From positions 1,500,001 to 1,532,000 of the forward strand of contig NZ_CP034549.1 in assembly GCF_003966335.1 (NCBI RefSeq): a DNA stretch of 32,000 nucleotides, in the 5' to 3' direction. Positions 17,617-28,415 of the stretch are shown here, in pieces. The notes below the pieces were generated by a model. The model worked only from the letters and a program-made list of their open reading frames with translations, did no database searches and was not told the DNA's origin. Source of the stretch: Nonlabens ponticola (lineage in GTDB: Bacteria > Bacteroidota > Bacteroidia > Flavobacteriales > Flavobacteriaceae). Made by a program: the position numbers and the translations under genes. Position 1 is the stretch's first letter. Every line of letters begins with the position of its first letter.

Positions 17617-19065
17617 TTACTTAACTGCAAATTTGATAGTCTTGCTTATTTCAGAGTTGCTTACACTTACAAAATAAACACCTGTTTTAAGATTATGCTT
17701 GATAGACGCGTTGTTGATCTCACCGCTTTGAACACTACGACCACTTAGATCATAAACATTATAGTTCATATCATTACTTACCGTACCAGTGAATCTAATT
17801 TCACCGTCAATGGATGGATTGGGATATAGAGTGATCGCACCATTCTCAAATCGTTCAATACTTGCTGTCGCAGCATTGAAAGAAAACAACTCTCTACCAT
17901 CACCATTGTTACCCTCAAAAATTATCTGGTCACCTAATACTACGAGGTCATCCACATCGTCTACCGTGCCGTCGATCTTTCTTATTTCAGCACCGTTAGT
18001 TCTATACAAATTGCGTTCTCCATCATTATTTGCAGTACCCGCATAGTACACTGCATTGTTGTAAACTACATAGTCAGATGGATTGTGATCTTGAAATTCT
18101 CCAGAATTGTTGCTCAATTGAGTGATAATCCCAGTTTCTGTATCCAGTATCCACAGCTGATCACCAGCACCCGTGTCGCCTTCAAAAAGAACATCACCAT
18201 TATATTCAAAGTAATTACTGGTTCCATTCATTCCCAATGAGGCAGCAGCTGGATTTTCTACAGTACCATCTGAAGTACCGTCGCTTTGCCATAAGTTGCC
18301 TTGAGCCTCAAAGTATAGCATATCGTTTGCGATCGTAAAATTGCTTATGCCACTATTTGCATCACCTGTTGCGATATCCTTAACGAGACTGTAAGTGCTA
18401 GTCGCAGGGTTGTAGGAATATAATTCACGTCCTAATTCTTCTTCTTGAAGATTGGTTTCCATATAGGCAAAAACAAGATCGTTGTAGAATGTTACTGCCG
18501 TTGCAGCAACGATTTCTCCATCGATAACGTTTGGTAAAACTTGGGCATCCGTACCATCAAATGAAGCTAATTGGTTATTACCATTGTCAAGATTCACTGT
18601 CAAGTAGGCAATATCACCGGCTACTACTGCATTGTTAGGAACGTCACCATTTCTTGCAGGGAAAAGGTCAACTTTGGTTGTTCCTTCTTCAGTACCATCG
18701 CTAGTCCACAATTCTGAGGCGCCATCGTTTGCTGTGAAATACAATTGATTGTTCAATACAAAGAAATTAAATGGGCTACTACCAGCGCCACTTCCTGGTC
18801 TAATATCTTTCACAAAATTGAGTTCAGAACCATTGGTAGCATACAATTCCCGACCCGCATCTTCACCATCAGTCAAAGATCCAGAGGCATCGTCGGCTCC
18901 AAAAAATACTTGATCACCAAAAACAAATAAATTGTTAGGCGCTGACTGGTTAGGATCACCATCTTCTTCAAATCCAGGATAGATGTCAAAAAGTTGTGTA
19001 GGTGTTTGAGCAAATGCAACTGCTGTGAGAAGCAATAGCGTAAACATTGAGTAGATTTTTTTCAT
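17617..19065 (-). CDS. ELWxxDGT-repeat secreted protein with T9SS C-terminal sorting domain
   Basis: 482-aa ORF with signal peptide. Repeated units include GRELYATNGS, ELWTSDGTEEGT, GRELYSYNPAT, NLWQSDGTSDGT, QLWILDTETG, NLYRTNGAE and GRELFSFNAAT. C-terminal ITLYPNPS...GVYFVSVSN...IKFAVK matches type A T9SS CTDs. Confidence 0.8.
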   Translation of the reverse strand: MKKIYSMFTLLLLTAVAFAQTPTQLFDIYPGFEEDGDPNQSAPNNLFVFGDQVFFGADDASGSLTDGEDAGRELYATNGSELNFVKDIRPGSGAGSSPFNFFVLNNQLYFTANDGASELWTSDGTEEGTTKVDLFPARNGDVPNNAVVAGDIAYLTVNLDNGNNQLASFDGTDAQVLPNVIDGEIVAATAVTFYNDLVFAYMETNLQEEELGRELYSYNPATSTYSLVKDIATGDANSGISNFTIANDMLYFEAQGNLWQSDGTSDGTVENPAAASLGMNGTSNYFEYNGDVLFEGDTGAGDQLWILDTETGIITQLSNNSGEFQDHNPSDYVVYNNAVYYAGTANNDGERNLYRTNGAEIRKIDGTVDDVDDLVVLGDQIIFEGNNGDGRELFSFNAATASIERFENGAITLYPNPSIDGEIRFTGTVSNDMNYNVYDLSGRSVQSGEINNASIKHNLKTGVYFVSVSNSEISKTIKFAVK

Positions 19066-19155
19066 AACGTCTTGATTTAGATGAAGTAATTTAACATTGT
19101 TGTCAAATTCTTGTTAAGTAAAATTAAATAAAATTTATAAGATCGATATGATTTT

Positions 19156-19169
19156 GCTTTCGCGAAAGC
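19156..19169. repeat. 14-bp perfect palindrome GCTTTCGCGAAAGC, copy 5 (intergenic, between the glnN terminator and the T9SS-protein start)
   Basis: Exact match read directly from the sequence. Confidence 0.95.
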
Positions 19170-19193
19170 GAAAACGTTATCGCTATACTGCAT

Positions 19194-19226
19194 AAAAAAA
19201 CTCCTTGAAATCATTCAAGGAGTTTT
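19194..19226 (-). terminator. Rho-independent terminator downstream of glnN
   Basis: CTCCTTGAA-atca-TTCAAGGAG stem. On the minus strand it is followed by TTTTTTT, and it lies 20 nt after the glnN stop. Confidence 0.8.
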
Positions 19227-19245
19227 ATAAACGTTTTCTTACTAT

Positions 19246-21432
19246 CTATCTGGTAAACAGCAGCTCACGATATTTGGTCAACGGCCAGATCTCATCATCA
19301 ACCAGTATCTCTAGCTTATCACAGTGATATCTAATGTCGTCAAAATAAGGTTTGACTTTATCACAATATGCTGAAGCCGTTTTCTCTGCATTTTTTTCAT
19401 TATTGGCTTTCTTACGAGCCTCGGTCATATCAGTAATTCCTTTATTGATATTCTCAATGTGTTCTGAGATTTCTTCAATGATGATCATCTGCTCTTTAGC
19501 GATTTTTTTGAAGTCTTTTCCATAAATCTCTTTAAGTCCGCGCACGTTTTCTATCAAGGTGTTTTGATACCTGATTGCGGTAGGAATGATATGATTGCGA
19601 GCAATATCGCCTAGCAATCTACCTTCAATCTGGATGCGCATTGCATACTCTTCTACCTCGATCTCATACCTAGCCTCAGACTCAACCTTGCTCATGATGT
19701 TCAGATCTTCAAAGAGTTTGATACTTTTCTTTGAAATCTTGGCCTTAAGAGCCGTTGGTGTCGTCTTATTATTGCTTAGCCCACGTTTTTTAGCTTCTTT
19801 TTCCCAAGCTTCTCCATATCCATCACCTTCAAATCTAATTTTCTTAGACTTCTTGATGTATTCTCTTAAGACATTGAAAATTGCCTCGTCTTTTTTAAGT
19901 TTTTTGTTCTTAATCAAGCTATCAACTTCTTCCTTGAACTCCATAAGTTGATTTGCAACAATAGCATTGAGAACGGTCATTGGGTTCGCACAGTTGGCCG
20001 TGCTACCTACAGCTCTCAATTCAAACTTATTACCTGTAAATGCAAATGGTGATGTGCGGTTACGGTCTGTGTTGTCAAGAATTACCTCTGGAATCTTACC
20101 TACTACATTGAGTTTGAGATCTGTTTTCTCTTCTGGTGATAATTTGCCGTCAGTTACTTTCTCAAGTTCATCCAGTACGGCTGTCAATTGTGATCCAATA
20201 AATACAGAGATAATTGCTGGTGGTGCCTCGTTAGCTCCTAGTCTGTGATCGTTTGATGCACTGGCAATAGTGGAACGTATTAATTCTTCATGATCATAAA
20301 CCGCCTTGATCGTGTTCACAAAGAAGGTCAAGAACTGTAAATTCTTCATAGGTGTGCTACCTGGCGACAAAAGGTTTACACCTGTGTTGGTAGATAGCGA
20401 CCAGTTGTTGTGCTTACCTGATCCATTGACGCCAGCAAATGGCTTCTCATGGAACAGCACTTTAAAGTGATGTCTTGACGCCACCTTGCGCATCACATCC
20501 ATCAATAGAGAATTATGATCTACTGCTAGGTTAGCTTCTTCAAATATTGGCGCCAGCTCAAACTGATTAGGTGCAACCTCATTGTGACGAGTTTTAACTG
20601 GAATACCCAATAGCATACATTCAGTTTCCATATCGCGCATGAAATTCATGACACGTGATGGAATAGAACCAAAGTAATGATCGTCCAGTTGCTGACCCTT
20701 TGCACTTGCATGTCCTAACAAAGTGCGTCCTGCCAATTGTAAATCTGGTCTAGAATCTGCAAGCGCACTGTCGATCAAGAAATACTCTTGTTCCCAACCC
20801 AGCGTTGCGTTTACTTTATTGACATTTTTGTCAAAATATTTACAAACTGCTGTTGCTGCTTGATCTACCGTTTGAAGGGATCTTAATAACGGAGTTTTAA
20901 AGTCAAGCGCTTCACCAGTATATGCGATAAATACTGTAGGAATACACAAAGTGGTCCCCATGATAAACGCTGGTGATGTAGGATCCCAAGCGGTGTAACC
21001 ACGAGCTTCAAAGGTGTTTCTTATACCTCCATTAGGGAAAGAGGATGCGTCTGGTTCTTGCTGTACCAGTTGTCCACCACCAAATTTTTCTAAGACCTCA
21101 CCATCCATTTCTAATTCAAAGAAAGCATCGTGCTTCTCTGCAGTACCACCAGTAAGTGGCTGGAACCAGTGTGTGTAGTGAGTCGCGCCATTCTGGATGG
21201 CCCATTCCTTCATTCCAGTAGATATATGATCTGCGATGTCACGGCTTATTTTAGCACCTGTTTCCATGGCATCCATGACACTCTTGTAAGAGTCTTTGGT
21301 TAAGTGCTGGCGCATAGCAGATTTATTGAATACGTGCTTGCCAAATATCTCACTGCGACGTGCAGGTTCATTTACTTCAACTGGTTTGCGATTTAAAGTT
21401 TCTTTAATCGCCTGAAATCTAAGAGTGGACAT
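19246..21432 (-). CDS. glnN: Glutamine synthetase type III
   Basis: About 728 aa from ATG at 21432 (MSTLRFQAIKE). The ORF track's TTG at 21456 overlaps a -7 promoter box. GS-III length plus GS catalytic blocks (NGSGKHNNWS, HNEVAPNQFELA). Confidence 0.9.
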   Translation of the reverse strand: MSTLRFQAIKETLNRKPVEVNEPARRSEIFGKHVFNKSAMRQHLTKDSYKSVMDAMETGAKISRDIADHISTGMKEWAIQNGATHYTHWFQPLTGGTAEKHDAFFELEMDGEVLEKFGGGQLVQQEPDASSFPNGGIRNTFEARGYTAWDPTSPAFIMGTTLCIPTVFIAYTGEALDFKTPLLRSLQTVDQAATAVCKYFDKNVNKVNATLGWEQEYFLIDSALADSRPDLQLAGRTLLGHASAKGQQLDDHYFGSIPSRVMNFMRDMETECMLLGIPVKTRHNEVAPNQFELAPIFEEANLAVDHNSLLMDVMRKVASRHHFKVLFHEKPFAGVNGSGKHNNWSLSTNTGVNLLSPGSTPMKNLQFLTFFVNTIKAVYDHEELIRSTIASASNDHRLGANEAPPAIISVFIGSQLTAVLDELEKVTDGKLSPEEKTDLKLNVVGKIPEVILDNTDRNRTSPFAFTGNKFELRAVGSTANCANPMTVLNAIVANQLMEFKEEVDSLIKNKKLKKDEAIFNVLREYIKKSKKIRFEGDGYGEAWEKEAKKRGLSNNKTTPTALKAKISKKSIKLFEDLNIMSKVESEARYEIEVEEYAMRIQIEGRLLGDIARNHIIPTAIRYQNTLIENVRGLKEIYGKDFKKIAKEQMIIIEEISEHIENINKGITDMTEARKKANNEKNAEKTASAYCDKVKPYFDDIRYHCDKLEILVDDEIWPLTKYRELLFTR

Positions 21433-21453
21433 AATTTTGTAAAATTTATGCCG

Positions 21454-21461
21454 CAAAAATA
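21454..21461 (-). promoter_or_regulatory. Candidate -7 box TATTTTTG for glnN
   Basis: Minus-strand TATTTTTG, 21 nt upstream of ATG 21432. Confidence 0.45.
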
Positions 21462-21534
21462 AGAATAAATGAAAATGACCCTCATTAAATTAGGGTTAAA
21501 CTATCAACATGAATATGTTTTCTGTTTATAACCC

Positions 21535-22497
21535 TTAAAATATTGGGGTGCCAAAGGCGAATAGTAAAAATATGCAATAGGCTAGCAACAAAAAAACGCC
21601 TTTAAATCTGCCGATACTGTTCTTTATTGGTAAAAACGCTAGCGGTATAAACACTAAGACAAACCCTAGCATCCAGAACATGTCATTGCTCAAGAGGTTG
21701 CTGCTATTTTCCTCAATGACGATGGGCTGAATTATACCTGTAATTCCTAGAACAGAACCGATGTTAAAAATATTACTACCTACTAGATTCCCTAAGGATA
21801 TAGCTTTTTCTTTTTTCAAGGCAGCGATAATGCTGGCAGCAAGCTCTGGTATGGATGTGCCTATCGCAATCATGGATACTGCGATCACACTTTCTGGAAT
21901 ATTGAGGCTCGTGGCAATATCAACAGCACCTTCAACAAGCCACTCAGATCCTAGCCATAACGCAATGCCGCCTAGAACAAGATAAACTATGATTTTCCAC
22001 CATGGATTAGGTTGGATATCATCAGTAATTTCTATGTTCATGGTAGATTTATCCTTTCTCGCTTTACGTATAAGTGTCACTAGAAAAATTACCAGTAGTA
22101 CCAGCAATAATGAACTTTCCCATCGTACAAGATCAGACCCAAGCCATAAGAACAACATCAATATTATCGTGAATGCCAGTAACCATGGCCAATTGAATTT
22201 GAAAAAGTCATTTTCAATATCTAGTGGCGCTATTAGGGCCGTGGCGCCTAGAACGATGCCAATGTTGGCAATGTTGCTGCCTAGCACATTTCCCAATGCT
22301 AGTCCTGAATAGCCGTCTAGCGCTCCTTGAACGCTTACAATCAACTCTGGTGCGCTTGTGGCAAAGGATACCACTGTCAATCCTATGATCATGCGCGATA
22401 GTGACAGCTTGAGCGATAGACCAACTGATGCCTTTACCAGTAAGTCACCACCGATTACTAACAGGATCAAGCCCACGATCAGGAGTAGGATGCTCAT
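21535..22497 (-). CDS. Calcium/sodium (CaCA family, YrbG-like) antiporter
   Basis: 320-aa polytopic membrane ORF with two alpha-repeat motifs: GLTVVSFATSAPELIVS...GNVLGSNIANIG and IAIGTSIPELAASI...GNLVGSNIFNIG. Confidence 0.88.
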   Translation of the reverse strand: MSILLLIVGLILLVIGGDLLVKASVGLSLKLSLSRMIIGLTVVSFATSAPELIVSVQGALDGYSGLALGNVLGSNIANIGIVLGATALIAPLDIENDFFKFNWPWLLAFTIILMLFLWLGSDLVRWESSLLLVLLVIFLVTLIRKARKDKSTMNIEITDDIQPNPWWKIIVYLVLGGIALWLGSEWLVEGAVDIATSLNIPESVIAVSMIAIGTSIPELAASIIAALKKEKAISLGNLVGSNIFNIGSVLGITGIIQPIVIEENSSNLLSNDMFWMLGFVLVFIPLAFLPIKNSIGRFKGVFLLLAYCIFLLFAFGTPIF

Positions 22498-22541
22498 ATC
22501 AAATTCTCACTTTACAGATTAAATTTAGGCGATGATGATTT

Positions 22542-23099
22542 TTAATTAATCAATTCAGGATAACCGTTCACATCTTGCATGATAAAGTCCTCTAGATCTT
22601 CATCGCCCGAAGTGTGCAGGACACTTACATCACCTGTTGTTTCTAGAACTACTGCACGCACCTCACTCAATCGCAGGACATTAGCTTCACGTAGCTTGCC
22701 TCTAATTTCGGTCATGGTGACCTTAGTTTTATTGAGATTTTCCTCGATCAATTCACCATTATACATCAGGATTATAGGCTTGTTATTGATAAGCCCTTGG
22801 ATTTTGTTGCTTTTAAAAGAGATGAAGCTCACCAGATAATTAAGCAAATACAGGATACCTATAAGTAACGCGCCCACAAATAGAGATGGTGAACTCGTCG
22901 CCGCACTCATCGCTAGAAGATTACCAATAGCGACAGTATTCAAAAAGTCAAACCCAGTCATTTTACTGAAGCTCTTGAGCCCAAACATGCGCGTACACGC
23001 AATAACAAGCAGGTATAGCACGACCGTGCCCACAACCACTTCGGGCATGATTTCTAGATCTTCAGTAAAATGTTTCCAGGATATTTTTATGTTTTCCAT
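22542..23099 (-). CDS. DUF421 (YetF-like) membrane protein
   Basis: 185-aa ORF with N-terminal TM helices followed by a soluble domain. The pattern PIILMYNGELIEENL...MTEIRGKLREANVLRLSEVRAVVLETTGDVSV is typical of YetF/DUF421. Confidence 0.65.
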   Translation of the reverse strand: MENIKISWKHFTEDLEIMPEVVVGTVVLYLLVIACTRMFGLKSFSKMTGFDFLNTVAIGNLLAMSAATSSPSLFVGALLIGILYLLNYLVSFISFKSNKIQGLINNKPIILMYNGELIEENLNKTKVTMTEIRGKLREANVLRLSEVRAVVLETTGDVSVLHTSGDEDLEDFIMQDVNGYPELIN

Positions 23100-23114
23100 G
23101 ATGGTAGTTTGTTA

Positions 23115-23128
23115 GCTTTCGCGAAAGC
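23115..23128. repeat. 14-bp perfect palindrome GCTTTCGCGAAAGC, copy 6 (in the 44-nt gap between the SUMF1-like stop and the DUF421 start)
   Basis: Exact match, 15 nt upstream of the DUF421 ATG. Confidence 0.95.
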
Positions 23129-23143
23129 GTAATTATTTTATAC

Positions 23144-23965
23144 CTACTGCGTCGATTGATTGTTGTCAACTTCACAAACACATCTAAAACCAGTCTTGAG
23201 TTCACTAGGTTCATAGTATTGAAGAGGTTCATTAAATAGCGGGTTGTAAACTTTATCCTGACCTATCTCATTGAGTTCCATGATGACTAGTTTACCACTT
23301 TCCTGCAAGGATTTGAACGTGTAAATGCCCAATGGAGCTGAGAAAATTTCATCTTGATAATAAACCATCTCACCGCGAGCATTGACAGTATTTTCAATGT
23401 CTACCATCTCGCTTGCTGTGGGTAGTCGGTAGGTAACTTTATAAGGAAATTTTGAACGTTTTGATTTATTGTTGCTGCGCATGGCAAAAACGGCATTGGC
23501 AAGGTCGGTGCGCCAGAAACAAAATAACTCTGCTTGAAATTTACTGACATTGACTGCTGGATGATACTTGTATTGAGGTGAGCTGCTATAACTCCCTAAT
23601 TGTAAATTGCGCTCGACAACAGCTTTAGGATCTTGAAATGTTGCCTCCATGTATAACCTTGTATTACCGGTCCAAGGCTGGAAAACAGTATCTGCGGACA
23701 ATTTATATCGCGGGTAATTTTTCATCCTGTCATGTTTTTTCATACTCCAATAATTCTCTAGATTATCAAGGAACTCATTATACATGAGGTTAGTCACGGG
23801 AACGCGATCTATATATAAGGAATCGTTTACCTTAATGGTGCCTGGCGGTACTGATAATGACGCGGTTTTAGAAATGCCTAGTTGTGATCCAGAATTGCTG
23901 CTACCACAACCAGTAATTATAAGTAATAACAAAACGGTAAAAATGTAGCGGAATCGAGTTTGCAT
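23144..23965 (-). CDS. Lipoprotein with SUMF1/formylglycine-generating-enzyme-like (FGE-sulfatase) domain
   Basis: 273-aa ORF with lipobox LIITGC. FGE-sulfatase family landmarks: IDRVPVTNLMYNEFL, HPAVNVSKFQAELFCFW, YRLPTASEM and C-terminal GFRCV. Confidence 0.6.
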   Translation of the reverse strand: MQTRFRYIFTVLLLLIITGCGSSNSGSQLGISKTASLSVPPGTIKVNDSLYIDRVPVTNLMYNEFLDNLENYWSMKKHDRMKNYPRYKLSADTVFQPWTGNTRLYMEATFQDPKAVVERNLQLGSYSSSPQYKYHPAVNVSKFQAELFCFWRTDLANAVFAMRSNNKSKRSKFPYKVTYRLPTASEMVDIENTVNARGEMVYYQDEIFSAPLGIYTFKSLQESGKLVIMELNEIGQDKVYNPLFNEPLQYYEPSELKTGFRCVCEVDNNQSTQ

Positions 23966-24002
23966 GGTTCAGGTTGTTAAAAACTAATAACAGATTGATA
24001 CT

Positions 24003-24010
24003 CAAAAATA
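24003..24010 (-). promoter_or_regulatory. Candidate -7 box TATTTTTG for the SUMF1-like lipoprotein gene
   Basis: Minus-strand TATTTTTG, 37 nt upstream of ATG 23965, in a divergent intergenic region shared with fsa. Confidence 0.4.
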
Positions 24011-24072
24011 CTCGATAAGGCAGGTGGTTAACGCATTTTTGTACTGGTAATTCAAATTAACAACAACTTGAT

Positions 24073-24729
24073 ATGAAATTTTTTATTGACACGGCAAATC
24101 TTGATCAAATCAAGGACGCTCAAGATCTAGGAGTTCTAGATGGTGTGACGACAAATCCATCACTCATGGCAAAGGAAGGTATCACCGGCGCCGACAATAT
24201 CATTGAACATTATAAAAAGATATGTGAGATAGTCGATGGCGATGTCAGTGCCGAGGTTATCTCGACAGATTTTGATGGCATGGTCAAAGAAGGTGAAGAG
24301 CTTGCCAAATTACACGACCAGATCGTGGTTAAGATCCCGATGATTAAGGATGGTATCAAGGCGATTAAGTACTTTAGCGATAAGGGCATCAAGACTAACT
24401 GTACCCTAGTCTTCAGCGCTGGCCAGGCATTGCTCGCGGCAAAGGCTGGTGCTACTTATGTCTCACCATTCATAGGACGTCTTGATGATATCAGCACCGA
24501 TGGTCTTAACCTGATTGCAGAGATCAGATTGATTTATGATAATTATGGCTTTGAGACAGAGATTCTTGCAGCATCGGTACGTCATACTATGCACGTACTA
24601 GAATGTGCAAAGCTAGGAGCAGATGTAATGACTGGACCGCTTTCTTCTATTGAAGGTCTCATGAAACACCCATTGACTGATATAGGCCTTGCTAAATTTC
24701 TAGCGGACTATAAAAAAGGAAATAGCTAG
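24073..24729 (+). CDS. fsa: Fructose-6-phosphate aldolase / short-form transaldolase (Tal type 3B)
   Basis: 218-aa ORF with [47 protein letters not shown], the canonical short transaldolase/FSA family. Confidence 0.92.
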   Translation: MKFFIDTANLDQIKDAQDLGVLDGVTTNPSLMAKEGITGADNIIEHYKKICEIVDGDVSAEVISTDFDGMVKEGEELAKLHDQIVVKIPMIKDGIKAIKYFSDKGIKTNCTLVFSAGQALLAAKAGATYVSPFIGRLDDISTDGLNLIAEIRLIYDNYGFETEILAASVRHTMHVLECAKLGADVMTGPLSSIEGLMKHPLTDIGLAKFLADYKKGNS

Positions 24730-24755
24730 GCTGCTTAAGCTAGAAAGCTGGAATT

Positions 24756-24795
24756 AAAAAACCCTCAAGAAATGCAATTTCTTGAGGGTTTTTTT
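24756..24795. terminator. Bidirectional rho-independent terminator shared by convergent fsa (+) and the 24811..26259 lipoprotein gene (-)
   Basis: AAAAAA-CCCTCAAGAAAT-gca-ATTTCTTGAGGG-TTTTTTT: a 12-bp perfect stem flanked by an A-run and a T-run. Confidence 0.85.
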
Positions 24796-24810
24796 ATGAT
24801 AACACGACTG

Positions 24811-26259
24811 CTACCTATTAATGTATCCCAGAAGCACGGTCTCAATCTTATAGTAAAATAGATTTATACTGGGATCAATGATTGTCAAGTCATCGTTGAT
24901 AACCATACTACGGTGATTATTGCGCAATGCCAGCTGGCTATTTACTGATGTCTTATCGACAATCTGGTACTCTAAAGAATTATTGAATCCATAATTTTGA
25001 ATATATCCTTTCCATTCTTCATAGGATATATTGTCGATGTTGATACCTATAAATTCTATTTCGGGATATTTGATTTGTAGGTTTTTTACCTGATCGTGAA
25101 TTTCTAGTGCATATTCCTCATCGTTGATGGACCAATAGTAAATGACACTCAAACCATCGACTTCATTAGACAGGTTGATAGACTCGTTAGTCATGCCGCG
25201 CAGGTCAAAATCAGGCAACATGTTTCCGGGATCTAGGTCTATATATGTGGCGGCCATTTGTGTAACCTCTGCATTGAGATTCCTGTCAGTAGATACCGCA
25301 AGAAAGTCTGTGACCAGTTTATTGATTTCAACAGCGTTTTTACGGGTGCGTATGAAGTTTTTTATTTCGGTGGCTGCAAGATGGTTTTTGGTAAATCGAT
25401 CCTCGATCAAATCATCCATCACCTCGATACGTTGTTGGTGAAAGGTATAAGATGTCAAGTCAACATCAGCGTTTGTCTCATTTGACACCTTCTCAAACGC
25501 CTTGTTCGAGATCAATGCATTTATATAAGGACTAAAGGCAAAGTTGTTGAGCAATTTGGGATTTCCTAATTCTACTCTATCACGATGCGAGAAAAATTCC
25601 TCAGGCAATGATTGAGAATTATCTAGGTAAATATTCTGATCTCTATTTAATGGATATTGCTCTAGTTTGTAATAGGAATTGAGCTTAATGACAAAATCTG
25701 TCAAGGCAGTAAAGTGATCGTTGAAATTGTATTTTTCTGCACTTCTTTGCAAGGCTTCTTGACGCTGGTTTTGAACTTGTTTTACCTTATCATAAAACGT
25801 CTGTGGATCATCATTGATGATGCTTAGGAACTCCATATTAGAGCGCTCCATATCAAGAAACAAATCAAGTAGATAACTATTCTCTCTTGCGTGATCTCCA
25901 GTAAAGGATAGGCTCTCATCAAATTCCTTGGTATTGAACCGCAACCTCAAACTGTCGCCAGGAGCTAGAAAAAAAGACTGGTATTCACCTGGGTAACCTA
26001 TGGTGTAAAAGCCTTCATCTGCATTTTTATAGCTTATATCAAAAATACCTTTTTCATCAAGTTTTATGGTGTCATTGACGGTAGCATAGTCAGTCAACAC
26101 TACATAGGAAACTTCAGGATTAACCACTTTTCCCTTAATGATGGTTTTAGTTTCTGTAGGAGAATTGCAGGATGTAATTGATAATGCAGCGCACCACAAT
26201 AGTAGGTATAGGTGACGGTAAGAAGTTAGCTTTCGCGAAAGCTTAAACATAATTCTCAT
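24811..26259 (-). CDS. Lipoprotein with C-terminal thioredoxin-like (TlpA/AhpC-TSA-like) domain lacking the CxxC active site
   Basis: 482-aa ORF with lipobox LSITSC. C-terminal LPDFDLRGMTNESINLSNEVDGLSVIYYWSINDEEY...IEFIGINID follows the TlpA fold pattern, but WCxxC is replaced by WSIND. A 14-bp palindrome lies in codons 6-10. Confidence 0.65.
   Translation of the reverse strand: MRIMFKLSRKLTSYRHLYLLLWCAALSITSCNSPTETKTIIKGKVVNPEVSYVVLTDYATVNDTIKLDEKGIFDISYKNADEGFYTIGYPGEYQSFFLAPGDSLRLRFNTKEFDESLSFTGDHARENSYLLDLFLDMERSNMEFLSIINDDPQTFYDKVKQVQNQRQEALQRSAEKYNFNDHFTALTDFVIKLNSYYKLEQYPLNRDQNIYLDNSQSLPEEFFSHRDRVELGNPKLLNNFAFSPYINALISNKAFEKVSNETNADVDLTSYTFHQQRIEVMDDLIEDRFTKNHLAATEIKNFIRTRKNAVEINKLVTDFLAVSTDRNLNAEVTQMAATYIDLDPGNMLPDFDLRGMTNESINLSNEVDGLSVIYYWSINDEEYALEIHDQVKNLQIKYPEIEFIGINIDNISYEEWKGYIQNYGFNNSLEYQIVDKTSVNSQLALRNNHRSMVINDDLTIIDPSINLFYYKIETVLLGYINR
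26229..26242. repeat. 14-bp perfect palindrome GCTTTCGCGAAAGC, copy 7 (codons 6-10 of the 24811..26259 lipoprotein ORF, encodes LSRK)
   Basis: Exact match read directly from the sequence. Confidence 0.95.
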
Positions 26260-26369
26260 TACTACAATTAATTAACTTGTTGCAAAACACGAGCATTGAC
26301 TAGTTATTGCCAGTTAACAGGCTGTTAAATTGAGTGTTGCGATAGACTTGTGTGTCGATGCTTAAATCG

Positions 26370-26377
26370 TATTTTTG
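26370..26377 (+). promoter_or_regulatory. Candidate -7 box TATTTTTG for the ABC-F gene
   Basis: Matches TAnnTTTG, 19 nt upstream of ATG 26397. Confidence 0.45.
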
Positions 26378-26393
26378 CACTCCTAAAAAATAG

Positions 26394-28019
<1,626 letters not shown>

Positions 28020-28104
28020 AGTGTAAAAATTATTCTGCCCGAATTTGTGGAAAAGAGGTCCTGTTGAGGTATGATCTTTGCTTTTTAAAGCAAGAGGTTA
28101 TCCG

Positions 28105-28112
28105 TAAATTTG
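28105..28112 (+). promoter_or_regulatory. Candidate -7 box TAAATTTG for the small-ORF/mutL/rhomboid operon
   Basis: Matches TAnnTTTG, 16 nt upstream of ATG 28129. Confidence 0.4.
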
Positions 28113-28128
28113 AAAAAGGTCACAGATC

Positions 28129-28407
28129 ATGGGAGTTTTGCGCCGTAAGAATAAGAAGTACGATTATGAGCCACGCTATTATAAAAGCGAGGAAGGCTCA
28201 AAACCTTTTGAGATCAAGCATAAATTTGATGATCAACGCACAACCGTAAATAGATTAGGGTTGAAAGGCAAATTCAATAATGCCATGCGTGATTATAAGG
28301 AAGGCACTGATGCGCTGGCTAGAAAACGCATTTACATCATTGTTGCAGTTCTCGTGTTTTTGTTTTTGTGGCTTATTGATTTTGATTTATCCATCTTTAG
28401 TTTTTAA
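28129..28407 (+). CDS. Small basic protein with a C-terminal TM helix, first gene of the mutL operon
   Basis: 92-aa ORF with a TAAATTTG -7 box 17 nt upstream and a single C-terminal TM (IYIIVAVLVFLFLWLIDF). It ends 8 nt before mutL. Function unknown. Confidence 0.55.
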   Translation: MGVLRRKNKKYDYEPRYYKSEEGSKPFEIKHKFDDQRTTVNRLGLKGKFNNAMRDYKEGTDALARKRIYIIVAVLVFLFLWLIDFDLSIFSF

Positions 28408-28415
28408 TTGACTGT

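Noticed and set aside
28064-28249. 61-aa plus-strand ORF overlapping the start of the 92-aa small ORF in another frame. Also the ORFs at 2156..2401 and 487..675.
   Set aside because: They overlap better-supported genes or span intergenic DNA. They have no promoter spacing, signal or motif support, and they include terminator or palindrome sequence.
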